From the NCBI GenBank assembly GCA_013265495.1, contig MU058000.1:868001-932000 (forward strand): a DNA stretch of 64,000 bases, read 5' to 3'. The position numbers and the translations under genes were made by a program. A model generated the notes under the pieces. That model saw nothing but the letters and a program-made list of their open reading frames with translations. It was not told where the DNA came from and ran no database searches. The first letter of the stretch is position 1. Every line of letters begins with the position of its first letter. Positions 1 to 42,156 of the stretch are shown piece by piece. This DNA comes from Vicugna vicugna (taxonomy: Eukaryota).

Positions 1-44
1 AAGTTGATACAAAAAAATGCTGCACGATATATATATATATATAT

Positions 45-270
45 TTCTACAGAAAATCAAAAAACAGGCTAAACTAATCTGTAGTGTTAGAAGCCAGCTC
101 AGGGAGTTACCTATGGGCAAGAGGGAAGAGTCAGTGATGAAGAGTCTGAGAGGGGCTTCTGGGTGCTAGTTATGCCAAACAAGAGGCTCCCTTGCTGATA
201 ACTCACTGAGTTGTACACTTCAGCTGTGTACTTTTCTGTATTCATGTCATAATTCAGTAAATAAAAAGAA
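45..270 (+). mobile_element. Old L1M 3' end fragment
   Basis: aaacaggctaaactaatct...gttagaag...gggcttctgggtgct resembles L1MC/L1ME 3' UTR. Confidence 0.6.
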
Positions 271-291
271 AAGATAGAAAATGACATACTA

Positions 292-883
292 GGATGACAC
301 CTGCACCCCAATGTTCATAGCAGCACTATTTACAATAGCCAAAACATGGAAACAGCCTAAATGTCCATCTACAGGTGACTGGATAAAGAAGATGTGGTAT
401 ATTTATACAATGGAATACTACTCAGCCATAAAAACCGACAACATAATGCCATTTGCAGCAACATGGATGCTCCTAGAGAATGTCATTCTAAGTGAAGTAA
501 GCCAGAAAGAGAAAGAAAAATACCATATGAGATCGCTCATATGTGGAATCTAAAAAACAAAAACAAACACAAACAAACAAACAAAAACAAAGCATAAATA
601 CAGGACAGAAATAGACTCATGGACAGAGAATACAGACTTGTGGTTACCAGGGGGGCAGAGGGTGGGAAGGGATAGACTGGGATTTCAAAATTGTAGAATA
701 GATAAACAAGATTACACTGTATAGCACAGGGAAATATACACAAAATGTTATGATAAATCACAGAGAAAAAAATGTGACAATGAGTGTGTATATGTCCATA
801 AATGACTGAAAAATTGTGCTGAACACTGGAATTTGACACAACATTGTAAAATGATTATAAAACAATAAAAAAGTTAAAAAAAA
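292..883 (+). mobile_element. 5'-truncated LINE-1 (ORF2 C-terminus, 3' UTR, poly-A), relatively young
   Basis: ORF 311-553 MFIAALFTIAKTWKQPKCPS...WIKKMWYIYTMEYYSAIK is the L1 ORF2 end; AATAAA plus A tail. Degenerate TSD AGAAAATGACATACTA (276-291) / AGAAAACGATATGCTA (884-899). Confidence 0.93.
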
Positions 884-1577
884 AGAAAACGATATGCTAT
901 ACCACCTCACACTTAAAACTTGAGATCTTCACTTAATACACTGAAATCTGCTTTCTACATTAAGCAGTATTCTACATAATTTTTAATGACTGCATAGAAT
1001 TCCATGATATTGGAGTGTCATATTTGAACTACATAATTTCCTATTGGTAAGCATTTAGACTGTTATGAATTTTAACTGGCTTCATTTTAAAGAAAGATGT
1101 ATAATCAGAAGAAACAACTTTATTGTAATGTCTATGAGCTAAGATTTTGCTTTATCATTCACTTAAGTTTTTTTTTTAAAAGATTCCTTTTCTTTTAGTC
1201 TTAAAATTAATTGTTCTTAAAAAGTATCTATTGGTCATCTAATCAGAAAGAACTATAAATGTAATAAAAAAAGACAAATATTGAAAATTCTCCTTTTTAT
1301 TTTAATATAATCAAAACAACCCACAAAACAACAAATTGTACATGATACTTTGATGTGTGTCATATAGTTAACGTTAAACAAGCCTACTTCTGTCCTTGAC
1401 CTTGAGGAACTAACAGGCTAAGATAAGCAAAGGAAACATGAACAGTAAATAGCTCTGAAGAGCATCTGAAATTCCAAATGTTCCAGAGACTTTTCATTCA
1501 GAGAAGGTGGCAGTCTTCGTCCTTGTGACTCCAGTTAGAGCCTTCATCATCACTGTGACGCTGCTTCACTTAAGCCA

Positions 1578-1705
1578 CAGTTTTCAACTGTGGTGCACAG
1601 CAGAGTCATCTGGCCAGCTCTTAAGGAACCATCAATGCCTGGGCCACATCCCAGACAAATCCAAATGAAAGGTCTTGAAAGTATGGGACTAATTGGTAGT
1701 TAATA
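1578..1705. mobile_element. MER5-like hAT-Charlie MITE fragment
   Basis: cagttttcaactgtggtgcacagcagagtcatctgg...aatgcctgggccacatcccaga resembles MER5A. Confidence 0.5.
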
Positions 1706-1797
1706 ATGGCCCGGTGAAAATGTTACTTATAGGCGTAAGTGCTTGCCCTCTGGACACTGTAATATACAAGCCAGTAAGATCCTGCATGAGATGTTTA

Positions 1798-30855
<29,058 letters not shown>

Positions 30856-31128
30856 CCTGCTCTCAGGGCCGCTGCCACCCCCGGGAGCTGTCGCTTTCGC
30901 CTCTGCCGCCACCGACTCAGCCGCCGCCGCCTCGCCGCTGCTCTTCCTGCTCTGGTCGCCTTCCTCCGCCTCTTCCCAGGCCTCCCTGCCCTAGCGCGCA
31001 GCCAATCCCCGCCCGCCGCCCCGGGCTCCTCACCCAATCGCCGCGGCCTTCCCGCCCACCTTATTGCCCCGCCCCCGGGGTCAAGCATTGGCCAATTATT
31101 ATGCGAGCTTCTCACACCGGCTTTTCCG

Positions 31129-31139
31129 GTTGGACCACG
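31129..31139 (+). promoter_or_regulatory. ERSE-II-like element GTTGG-A-CCACG
   Basis: One mismatch to the ERSE-II consensus ATTGG-N-CCACG. Confidence 0.5.
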
Positions 31140-31149
31140 GCCTCACCGA

Positions 31150-31168
31150 CATGGCCCCCTCTAATTGG
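31150..31168 (-). promoter_or_regulatory. ERSE-like element CCAAT-N9-CCATG
   Basis: Minus strand reads CCAAT TAGAGGGGG CCATG: exact 9-nt spacer, one base from the ERSE consensus CCAAT-N9-CCACG. Confidence 0.6.
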
Positions 31169-31235
31169 TAGATCCTGGGTTTACCCATCCCGGAATCAGA
31201 GCATGAGGCCGAGTTGGGAGAAAGTCGTCATCCAG

Positions 31236-31297
31236 ACTACAATTCCCACAATGCACCTCATGGGCCTTTCTCAGTGTCCGCTCTTGGGAAACGTAGT
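31236..31297. promoter_or_regulatory. Two opposed ZNF143/THAP11-type motifs (ACTACAnnTCCCA)
   Basis: ACTACAATTCCCACAATGC at 31236-31254 (+) and ACTACGTTTCCCA at 31297-31285 (-). Confidence 0.75.
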
Positions 31298-34200
31298 CAA
31301 TCCTGGGGCAATATTTAAAAGTGCAGGTGGCTGAAATTGAAGGTGGTTGAAATTAAGGGAACTTAGCTAACATCTGGACTAGACACCAACTCAATGCCAT
31401 GAACTCATAGACTTTTTTGGAGCCAAATAAGTATTAATAAACGCACTTTATAAGATTAAGAGTTTGTAGTGTGTTAAGCTCCCCTTCCTCTTTGTTTTAT
31501 TTAGAAAATTTGAATTAGACATGATATCAGCACTGAGGAAAAATACAGCAGCTAGACTAGATTCGAGGTTTTTTTTTAAAAAACTTAAACGAAACAGTAC
31601 TGTATATACAGAAACCAGTATGGAACTCACTACCCATCCTCTTTTCCTCTACAAAGCAAAACAAAATAAACCCCACTCAGTACAGATCATGTCAAGCTAG
31701 TATTCATTTTTACGAGGGCCACGAGATAATAATCATCTGGAAAAGGGGGCCAACAGCCTTTGCAAAACCCTGTCGAACACTTGTCCTCATGCCTCTCCTT
31801 TTGTAAGTTACAATGTTCTCTTCTTCATTGACTGCCCTGGTCTTACACTGACTAGGTTCAGGAGTCCAGATTGATGTATTTGGAGATAAAGGTAACAGTG
31901 ATTGCATTGCAGAAGCAGAAATAGTCTTTTGTATTAAGTATCAACTCCCACTAGGCATGCTCTCACTAGGTAGCTTGGCAGTAGCTTGGTACTCCTGCCC
32001 CTTCATCAAACTGTGTTATTCTGCTTTCCCTATTGTCCACCCACAGTCAGCTCTTAGGTCTGGAACCCAGACAATCTGAGTTCCAGGTTTTGGAGAATTC
32101 CACACTGGCCACATATCTTGATACTCTGGGCACTTGTCTTCCATCTTCTTTGATAGAGAGTCCTCTTTTCCAAGAAGAGGATTAAAAAACTACCTACTGT
32201 TCAATGTTCGCACTGGCGGGGATGAAGGAAAAATACTGTCCCACGGAAAAGAGTTTTCTTTTCTACTGCTGCCTCTATGGCATGCATCTCTATTTCTGTC
32301 ACTAACAATGTTTCTTCAGAGTTCCTCTGATTTTAAGTCATAAAGTCTGGTATAGTATGTGACCATTTTTCTCTTTCTCACTGAATACTACCCTACTGAC
32401 CCTCATTTTCCCTTACCTGCCTGATGCCCCTGATTTCTAGCCATGTTCACCAAAGCCATTCTCTCTTCACTCTAACCTAAACCACATACCAGGTCCAAAT
32501 TAATTTTCCTTAAACACTGCTTTTATATTCTTGTTCAAATTTTTTGATGGCTGCTTCTGTCATAGAATGAAAAATATTAGAACTTTTACTGACAAAATAG
32601 GAATTAATGCTGACAGTTCTACTTTCTTGGGGAAGTATTGGGAAGGAAACTTCTGCCTTCCACTGGAGAAGCAGTGATTATCTGATTGATAATATTGGGA
32701 AAAGTTTGCTGCTTGGTTAAAACCCAAATTCTTTTTTCATCTTTTACTTTACTGAGTGCTTTTTATGCTTAAAGCCCTGTGCTAGGTGCTGTGATGACAA
32801 ATTTCCAACTTCTCTTTTACTGCTTTCCAGAGTTCCGCATGAACACTAGCTTGCCTTCTCATGGGCTCCCCTACCCTCACCCCACTGCCCTTGCCACTGC
32901 TGCTTCTTAGCTACAACCTCAGCATCTTCCCAGTTTCACTTACATTTTCGTCTTGGCTGAGTTTTCTCTGCTCACGCCAGTCCTCATTAATCCTCATTTC
33001 TCTAAGTGTGTATAGGACAGTCACAAACGCGCCTTTTAAATAGGTTGTAGCTTGCTGAGGCCAAAGGCAATTCTATAATTCAGTGTATAGATATATAGCA
33101 TTGGATTTGCCACCTGCTAGCACTAGATAATTATTTGGTGGTTAATAGATACGCCTTATCTATGAAATATTTTAATAATATGTCAAAGCACATGCTATCT
33201 ACCATAGTTTAATCTGAAAATATCTACCATAGTTTTATCTTATAGGGAAAATTAAGGAGTACTTGCATCTTTATCGTACAGGAAATTTACTTCACTCCTC
33301 TTCACCTCATGTGAAAAATGGATATATTAATAATACCCTTTTCACCAGGTCTGTTGTGAGGTTCAAAAGAGATATACGGGGGAAAAAACGCTTTCTTCAT
33401 TATAGAATGGTCTACAAACATTATTTCTTATTGATTGCTTGGTTGAAGTAAATTAGTTTTTATTAAGATTAACAAAATTAATTTTATTCCCTTAATTTGA
33501 AAAGGGTTTAGAGCTGCTAGAGCTGTTGTCTTTACCCAGCAATGAGTAATTGACGTGTTCTGAGACTTTGACTCCCTGGGGGAAATTCCAAGTCTCCAAA
33601 GCAGGTCCAGAATACGATGTGGGAAAGCCAGGTTTGTGTTGTCAGCCTGCTGCATTGCATGATGATTAATTAGTAAAAAGATTGTGAATTCTCCATGGCC
33701 TTATCTGGTCTAAGCATACACTCCTCAAGGTTTCCTGCCAATATTCCCCGTTAAAGTTATGTACTCAGTCTCCTTGTGCAAAATGTTAATGTTATTTGTT
33801 AATTCATAGACTTCTTTACTATTTACTCAGCTGTTTGTACTCTGTTCTACTTGTCCATATCAGTGTTCTGGGTCATTGTCACAGATATCCCAGTTGCAGA
33901 AAACCTGTTTGCTCTCCGTTACAACACAGCATAGGACCCAATGGAGATAAGATAATAAGTGCCTTTTAATGCAGATGACACTCATGTGACCTTTTCCCAT
34001 TGAGACGGATCAAACAATCAGCAAATATTGAGAATCTTCTGAAAGTGTTGAGGACATAAATCCAGCCTGCTCTTCTTCTAAGAACGGTGAGATAACCCTC
34101 AGGGCCTTTTCCTGAGAATGGAGTGATTGTCACCAACTCTAGCCAAGTATCCTTGCTTGTGCTATTCTTAGAGACCTATCTGAATTGGCAACATGTGAAG

Positions 34201-35664
34201 GCTGCCAGCACTTGAATCAACATATCTGCCAGGGTGGGTTAGGGAGAGGCAAGGAGCAGGATAGTCTCCCCTCAGGGCTTGGAGAAGAATGTATAGTACT
34301 TTCTTTGATGTAGATGTGGTGAATTAAAGTCATTATGCTTGTTTCTTTCTCGTGGATGAATGAAAATATAAATCCTTGCACTGTATTGTGAGATAGAACC
34401 TGGTGTGTCCTTGAGTACATTCTGAGCTCCTTAAGGAAATGGACAATGGTTTTAGATCTCATTGCATCACGTAGAATTCCAGGATTGCATATGGCAGGTA
34501 CATAATTAGTAATCAAAATAAATAAACTTTTATTATCTGCATCATTTTCTACGATTATAGTTAAGTCTCGTGAAAGTCAGAGTGTAGATCCCAGATCTAC
34601 TAACTCAGTTTGTAAATGATCAGATGAATGGGGTGGAGTATGTGAGTGTCAGGCTCTATTTACCAGTTTCATCCTGAAGTGACATTTGCTTTGGAGGTGT
34701 GTAGTCTTTCTAAGCAGTGTTGACTCACATCAGATAAAGGAAAAACCAGGATAATTTTAACCCAGAAAAAAAGACAGGCAACTTTGGTCCAATCTTTTCA
34801 TGGATTTAACTACCAGTTCTGAGGAGAGACTGGATTAAAACTAAATTTCAATAAGAATTTGATTAAGTGAAAGTTAGAAGATGGAAATAAACTGCTTGGA
34901 GCTCCCATGAGATTCAGAATACTTAACTCCTCCATAGATGGCAACGTATTTAATTTGTGAATGTTGGATTAGGAACATTATATTCACAGGATAATCTTTC
35001 CTTCTTTCTTCTTTCATTGATTCAGCAAATTTGGGGACAGAGCCAATGCTATCAGGAATACATCTGTAGTAAAGCATATTAGGTTTAGTACTTACGGTAG
35101 TGAGGAAGAACACACACACCATAGAGTGTCTCAGGAAGGGGGTTTTATACAGAATCTATTATAAATTAATATTGTGCAACTGGCTATCTTGAGGTGTGGT
35201 GTGGATAATGGCTTGGAGATTTCCCTTCTGCTGCACCTGAATGACCAAGTTAATTACACAAACCTCTTTACTAATTGTTTGGACATAATGCTAAAGTAAC
35301 CAATTAAAGCAATTGTACTCAAACTTTTGATTCAGAGGAAATTCATATACTGGTTAGAAATTGAGATGGATACATGCCAAATGGCCATTATCAAGAGAAG
35401 GATCTTCAAATAAGGATTTTCAAAATATTCAAATAATATTGTAAATGCAAGGCACTTGAAAGTAAAATAGGGTTTTTGATCATTTTCTATACTTGAATAG
35501 TTCCTCATCTATGCCATGCTGACTTCATATAAATCCAGCTCAAAGGGGTACATTGACAAAAAAGAAATATATGTGTTATATATATCAATATAAAATATAC
35601 ATTAATAAATATGTATTCATATATGCAAGAAAGACATATGTATACACAGGCACACATATATGTG

Positions 35665-36730
35665 ATTGAAACAATTGAGAATAAGTTGCAAACATGGTAA
35701 CTCTACACCCCTAAATGTGTTAACGTGTATTTTCTGAAAACAGGGGATTTGCTAACATAATCACAAAACTGTTATCAAAGGTTAGGAATTTAGCACTGAT
35801 TCAAATATTATCATCTAATCTACGGACATTATTCAGATTGTCCCAATTTTTCACAATGATGTCCTTCCTATTAGTAGAAAATCCAAGATCATGAAATGTG
35901 TCCAGTTTTTTGTGTCTTACTAGTATCCTTTAAACCTGCAACAGTTCATGAGGGTATGATCCTGAACCTCATGATACTGACATTTTTTAAGTGTATAAGT
36001 AGGCTATATCATAGAATGTGCCCTATTTCCAGTTTGCATCATGACTGAATTCAGGTTATGCATGTTTGGTAAGAACACCTCAGAAGTGGTGCTCAGTTCT
36101 TCTTAGTGCATTATGTCAGGAGCCAGTGCTGTTGGTTAGTCCAAATCCTGCAAGGATAATATTGATCAACCGGTTTAGGAGAGATGTTTCCTCTGTATTT
36201 AATATGTAGTTAATATGCATCTTGTAAAGGTTGCTTTGAGACTACGTAAGTATCTCATCATTCCTCAAACACTCACCCACTGGTTTTACCAAGGGTATTT
36301 ACGATACTTGTCTGAATCAATAATTCCTATGATGGTTGCCAAGTGATGATTTTATAATTCTACTATTCTTTCTACATTTATTATTAGCTTTCTAGTGTAG
36401 GCAGAGCTTTCTCTTCTTATTTATGCATTCATTTAATTAATTTACATTGGTGCGAACTCATGCATCCTTTATTCAATAGTTTATAATCCTCACTGTCATT
36501 ATTATTTTAATGTTCAGATTATCTCAGATTTGGTCAGTGGGTGCCCCTTCAAACTAACTCCAGTAATTTTTTGATATGTCCCCATCATTGTTTGAGCATA
36601 TCCTTACATTATAAATTATTCGTATTTTTTCAAGGAAGACTGCTTTCTTTCAGTGAAGAATGGTGTTTACATTCCAGGAATACTCATTGCTACTGTGATG
36701 TTAATGCTTCTAAAATCTCTTAGCATATTG
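35665..36730 (-). mobile_element. Old L1M (L1MB/L1MC) 3' UTR
   Basis: Reverse-oriented L1M 3' UTR motifs (tgagaataagttgcaaacatg...cccctaaat...tcagattgtccca). Confidence 0.65.
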
Positions 36731-36979
36731 AGCTGGGGAGTGTGTGTGTGTGTGTGTGTAGATGTGTGTGTCTATGTATGCATATATGTATGTGTATATA
36801 TGTGAATGCATACACATACCCATAACACACATACACACAGCTACACAAATCTATACTTGTTTCTATACCTATTTATCTCTTTTTATATGTTAAAACCTCC
36901 GAGAAAATGAAGGAATGAGCTGAAAAAAATATTTGCAGTACATATATGTTTAAAGAAAAAACAATTGGTGGGGCTGTAA

Positions 36980-37575
36980 AAGGTTTCAACTGCTGAGTAA
37001 AGGTGTTTGATAGTAGTTCTTATACATTGAAACATACACCTACCCTATAACTCAGCATTTTCATTCTTAAGTATTTACTCAAGAGAGATGAAATCATATG
37101 TCCACAAAATGTCTTGTGCAAAAATGGTCATAGTAGCTATATTCACAATAGGAAATATCTTACAATAACTTAAAATGTCCACCTTGTGATGAATGGATGA
37201 ACAAGTGGTGATTTATTTATACAATGGAATATTACTCAGCCAAAAAAAATGACTAATATGTGCACATCATGGATGAATCTCAAAAACATTATGGTGAGTG
37301 AAAGAAACCAGACACAAAAGAGAGTACGTCCTTTATGTTTCCATTCATAGGGAGCTCAAGAACAGGTGAAACTAATCTATAGTGACAGCGATCAGAATAG
37401 CAGTTGCCTGGGTGAGAGTGGGGAGGATCACTGAAAGTGGGTGGGGGGAAATTTTGGATAATGCCAATCAATCTTTTATAGTCAGATTAGTGTGTGGTTC
37501 ACATGAGTATATACATTTGTTAGAACTCAAAACCATGCTCTTACGATCCATGCATCTTACAGTACTTGAATGATA
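36980..37575 (+). mobile_element. Old L1M ORF2 end and 3' UTR
   Basis: aacatacacctaccctataactcagcattt...atacaatggaatattactcagc...atggatgaatctcaaaaacattatg. Confidence 0.75.
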
Positions 37576-37578
37576 CCT

Positions 37579-38062
37579 TGTGGCAGGCAGAATAAGGACT
37601 CTTCTGCAAAAAGTGTTCATGTTCAAATCCCCAAATCTGTGAATATGTCACCTTATAAGGCATAGAATTTTGCTGATGTGACTAAGTGAAGGGTCTTGAG
37701 ATGGAGGTATTCTCTTGGATTATCCAGATGGCCCTAAATGTAATCACAAGCATCCTTACAAGAGAGAGGCAGGAGGATCCAAGTCAGAAAGAGAAGATGT
37801 GATGATGGAGGCAGAGGCTGGAGTGAGGCCGTTGCTAAAATGGGGTCACAAGCCAAGGAATGCAGACAGAAGTTGGAAAAGGCAAGGACTGGATTATCCC
37901 CTAGAACCTCCAGAAGGAACCCAGCCCTGCCAACTTCCTAATTTTAGCTTTAGAAGGCCCTTTTTTGGACTTCTGATATCCAGAACTTTAAGAGAATAAA
38001 TTTATGCTCTAAGCCACTATATTTGTGGTACTTTGTTACAACAGCAATAGGAAACTAATACA
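37579..38062 (+). mobile_element. MaLR solo LTR (MLT1D-like)
   Basis: TGTGGCAGGCAGAATAA...ACAGCAATAGGAAACTAATACA; near-TSD TACCT/TAACT. Confidence 0.85.
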
Positions 38063-38087
38063 TAACTCATTAAAAATACGTATTAAA

Positions 38088-38195
38088 GGGGGCAGGGTAT
38101 AGCTCAGTGGTAGAGTGTACGTTTAGCCTGCATGAGGTCCTGGGTTCAATTCCTAGTATCTCCATTAAAAATAAATAAATAAATAATTAAAAACT
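38088..38195 (+). mobile_element. Camelid tRNA-derived SINE (Vic-1 type)
   Basis: gggggcagggtatagctcagtggtagag (A box) ... gggttcaattcc (B box), (TAAA)n tail, degenerate TSD taaaaata(c/t)(g/a)ta(t/c)taaa. Confidence 0.85.
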
Positions 38196-39775
38196 TAAAA
38201 ATATATACTAAAAATATACTTCCTTAAAGAGCAGTCCCATGTGCTACCAAAAAAAAAAAAAAAAAACATGTTGTAAAACAGACCTGGATCCTACTCTGGA
38301 TTGAGTCATCTGTCAGCTCAGCCAGGGAACCTTTGTCAAGTTGCGCAAGATCCCTGAGGCTCAGTTTCTTAGTCTACAAAGTCAGAAACACTAAACTTGC
38401 TTTACTTGTCAGACCTGTCATGAAAATTACAATCAGTAAAATAAGAAAGCATTCCGACAACAGAACACCAAAAAGTAAAGCCTTATTTTCATGTGGGACT
38501 TTTATCCAGCACAAATGCATAAATGACCAAGTGCGATCGGGCAGTTTGAATTCTACCTCTTGTGTGAAAGACAGAAGCGCAAAGGTAGGTCATGAGAACT
38601 TCTTATCAGGCTGTCCTTGTTCATGTCTTTAAAAATAACTTTTTATTTTGAAGTGCTTGAAGACCCACAAGACATTGCAAAATACATCCCTGTTCATTTT
38701 CCAAGGGTTCTTATTGTTTCTCTCTACTGACTCCACTCTTGCTGGCATTCCAGAAGGACACCAGGTTTGCTGAGTTTATAATCATAGTAACTAAGTTTTC
38801 CTGTGCACTCACAGTGTCCCTAGCACTGTGGTAGCACTTTACATATGCGATGGTCATTTAAGCTAGATGTTAATAATAACATGAGGGGGGTACTTCAATT
38901 TTCCCTATTTTGTAGACAGAGAAATCGAGGGATAGAAATGCTTAGTAACTTCCCCGGGTACAGCTCAGAATGTGAGCGGTATTTCAACCTGGCACTTGAC
39001 TTCAGAAGCCAAGCAGAGAAGAAGACAGAGGTCACCATTGTATCACAGAAACACTTAGAGACATTTCTATAGTTTGTACACAAACATACATGCAAAAGGA
39101 GTGCACATGAGGGGGTGGGTTTTGTGCTAAGTCAAGGAATTAAGGCAAAACAGGATTTATGAGAAAGAAAGGGGAGAAAAAAGCTGGAGACCATCTGGAA
39201 ACACTAAGACTTTATAGCATTTTTTTTCTAAAGCACTGATTAGCTGGTGACTAAGAAAGAGGTCAACCTGGGTGCTCTGTCCTTGAGTAGCCTTACTAAA
39301 AGTATCAGAAAACATTTTCAGTTATTTATGATTTGTCCAGAAGACCTTGGGAGGTTAGTCCAGGATCCTGTGGAACAGCTGCCTCCAGTCATGAGGGCTG
39401 GGTTCTGACAGCAACTCCTCTACACTGCTTAGCCAGGTCTCCCCCATTTTCATCATCAGAATTTCTCAGTTATCAGGCTTAAGAACTGAGTTCATTGTTT
39501 AATAACAAATTCATCTCCAAGTCCTGGCAATTCTTGTCCCCTAACATTTTTTGAAAACTCTACATTTTTTTTCCTATTCCCACGGTCACCATCATAGTCA
39601 TAACCCTCATTACATCATGTCACATAAACTCACTTTCCTCAAAATCTCCTGCCTAAAAAGTTGTTAGGGTTTCCTATAACCCTGGGCAATGAATTCAAAT
39701 TCCCCCATGTGACCACCAAGTGTCTTTCTTCTCTCCTGTCCTCTTCATCTCCCATCTTATATTTCCCCTGGTCAT

Positions 39776-40162
39776 GTATATATGTTTCAAGCAGCTTGGG
39801 CTGCCATAACAAAATATCACAGACTGGGTGGTTTAAAGTATAGAATTTACTTCTCGCATTTCTGAAGGCTTGAAGTGTGATATCAGGGTGCCAGCATGGC
39901 TGGGTTCTGGTGAGAGATTTTTTGTAGACAGATGCCTTTTTGCTGTGTCCTCACATGGCAGGGAGAGCAAGTAAGCGTGCTCTCTGGTTCTGACGTGTCT
40001 TCTTATAAGGGCACTAATTCTACCTTAGGACCCCATTCACATGATCTCATCTAAATCTAATCTCCTCCCAAAGACTCCATCTCCAAATAACATCACCTTG
40101 GGCAGGTAGGGCTTCAACCTGTAAATTTGGGGGGAGAGTGGGTGTAATTCAGTCCCTCGCAC
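39776..40162 (-). mobile_element. MaLR solo LTR (MLT1A/B-like)
   Basis: gggctgccataacaaaatatcacagactgggtgg...cttcttataagggcactaat...aattcagtcc. Confidence 0.8.
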
Positions 40163-41014
40163 ATACATTCTGCTTCAGATGAAATTGTACTGCTTGTGTT
40201 CTCCAGGGCTTTCCTAGCCCCGTCCGCTAGCTGGACTGCTTGCCCTTATTTTCTGATAGTCTTCCTTTCCAAAAACCAATTCTTGATTCTAAGAACCAAA
40301 CATCCAGTTTAATCTTTCTTTTGTTGGACTTTTTCCCTTTTCATAAAATATTCCTTTGTGCTATTTTAGTTTGTACGTATTTGATCTTAAGCATTTTGCT
40401 ATATATTTTTATTCCAAAATTATAATTGCATTGCAGTGAGGCAAGTGCCATGTCTTGCAGAATAAATACTGTTATAAAGGGAATCTCTTTATTATGAAAA
40501 GATTTTGACAATCTAACTAATGGGCTACTTATCTTTAGTACTACAAGACTCCATTATAAGCAAGACAGGAAAAAAAAACACAGTAACTGAGATTATTGAA
40601 GCAAGATTTAGAATCATAGAATTTTCAAGCCTTTATGTCTCAGATGACATATTTTAAAAACCTCATCCCTTAAGAAGTGACTTGTTTAAGATCATACAGT
40701 GGGTTAATAGTGGTGCTATTAACCCTCATCTCTTGGTTTCCAGTCTAAAATTTGTTTACTAAAATTTTTTTGTTGTTGTTGGAGTTTGTATTGGTTTTCT
40801 ATTGCTGCTCAACAGATTACAAGAAATTTAGCAGCTTAAAACATACTTTTATTATCTCATAGTTTCCATGGGTCAGGAGTGTAAATGAGTCCTCTGGTTA
40901 CAAGGTTGCAACAGAGGAGTCTCAGACCTGGGTTCCTTCTTCAAGCTCACTTAGGTATTGGCAGAATTCATCTTACATAGATAGAATAAAAAGAAAAGAA
41001 AAAGCAATTTTAAA

Positions 41015-41530
41015 ATTATTTACTTATTATAGTCAGTTACAATGTGTCAATTTCTGGTGTACAGCATGATATCCCAGTCATGCATGTATATACATATATT
41101 CACTTTCAAACTGCTTTTCATTAAAGGTTATTACAAGATATTGAACATAGTTCCCTGTGGGCAATTTTTAAATTTGTAAATGTTATAAGAGATTAAGATT
41201 TAATACCTCACCTCTCCTTTCTCATCTTCTCCCCCAAATTTTACCATACTTTTAATTATATCAATGATTAGCGTTCGCATCATTGTAACAATGTAAATAT
41301 TGTTCACTGCAGAATCTATTAGGATACGGTGATCACATGTCCTTTCTGTTTTTGAATTGAAGTATAGTTGACCTAGGACACTATTTTAGTTCCAGGTGCA
41401 CAATATGGTGAGTTGATATTCCCGTACATTACTATACGATCACTGTGATAAGTCTGTTTACCATCTGTCACCACACAAAGTTATTATAATATTATTGGCT
41501 GTATTCCCATGCTGTACATTTCACCCCAAA
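41015..41530 (-). mobile_element. Two short L1 3' end fragments
   Basis: tacaatgtgtcaatttctggtgtacagcat...atagttccctgtg (41015-41160) and ttgaagtatagttgacc...tattcccatgctgtacatt (41352-41527). Confidence 0.7.
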
Positions 41531-42156
41531 GGCACAGCTTCTTACATGTTTAAAGTGCAGCCACTCCCTCATTAGCATAAAGTCATTTTCTTTTTCCAGC
41601 ATTCTTTCCTTCCAAATCAGTGTGATGGGGATTTTTTTTTTTTTTAAGTTTTTAAAAGTATAACTTGATGGGCTATTTCTCAGCCTCCAGGAATAACTGT
41701 CATCCTCCCTCATTTGGAAGCCAAAGGAAAGAGCATCCACAGCTGTGGAAACAATTTACACGGCGAAACAAAGACGCCAAGTCCTTGATTTCTACCACTT
41801 TAATGTGGGGCAGGATGCATTTTGATGTGATACCAAGAGAGAGAATTTATTTTCCTATTCCGGGAATAGGAAGGAAGAGAGAGGCGCGAGGAGGCCCAGT
41901 CCGCGGCAGCAGCGCTGATGACTTGCGGTGAGAAGAGGAGGAAGGGTATTCTGCACGACCCCATCCTCCCTCTCCCGACTCACAGACCCGCTGGGTGGGG
42001 TGGGGGTGGGGCCGCGCATGCGCGCATGCGCTCTCTGATAGCAGTCATGAGGGACGTCCAGGACAGGAGGAAATTTCCTTCCTTGAATTTACAATTCCTT
42101 AGGTTTGAAATAAAGAGATTTTGTACTTAACTTTCTGCCTGGCCCTTTGGAGACAC

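Noticed and set aside
30856..30912. Apparent N-terminal extension of SEL1L (MAAEAKATAPGGGSGPESR) in the ORF track
   Set aside because: It starts at GTG, not ATG, with a pyrimidine at -3. The ATG at 30855 gives the standard signal peptide and the expected 70-nt coding exon.
38088..38165. tRNA genes suggested by A-box/B-box sequences (also 44465, 26860, 51690)
   Set aside because: They have A-rich tails, TSDs and no complete cloverleaf, so they are tRNA-derived SINEs.
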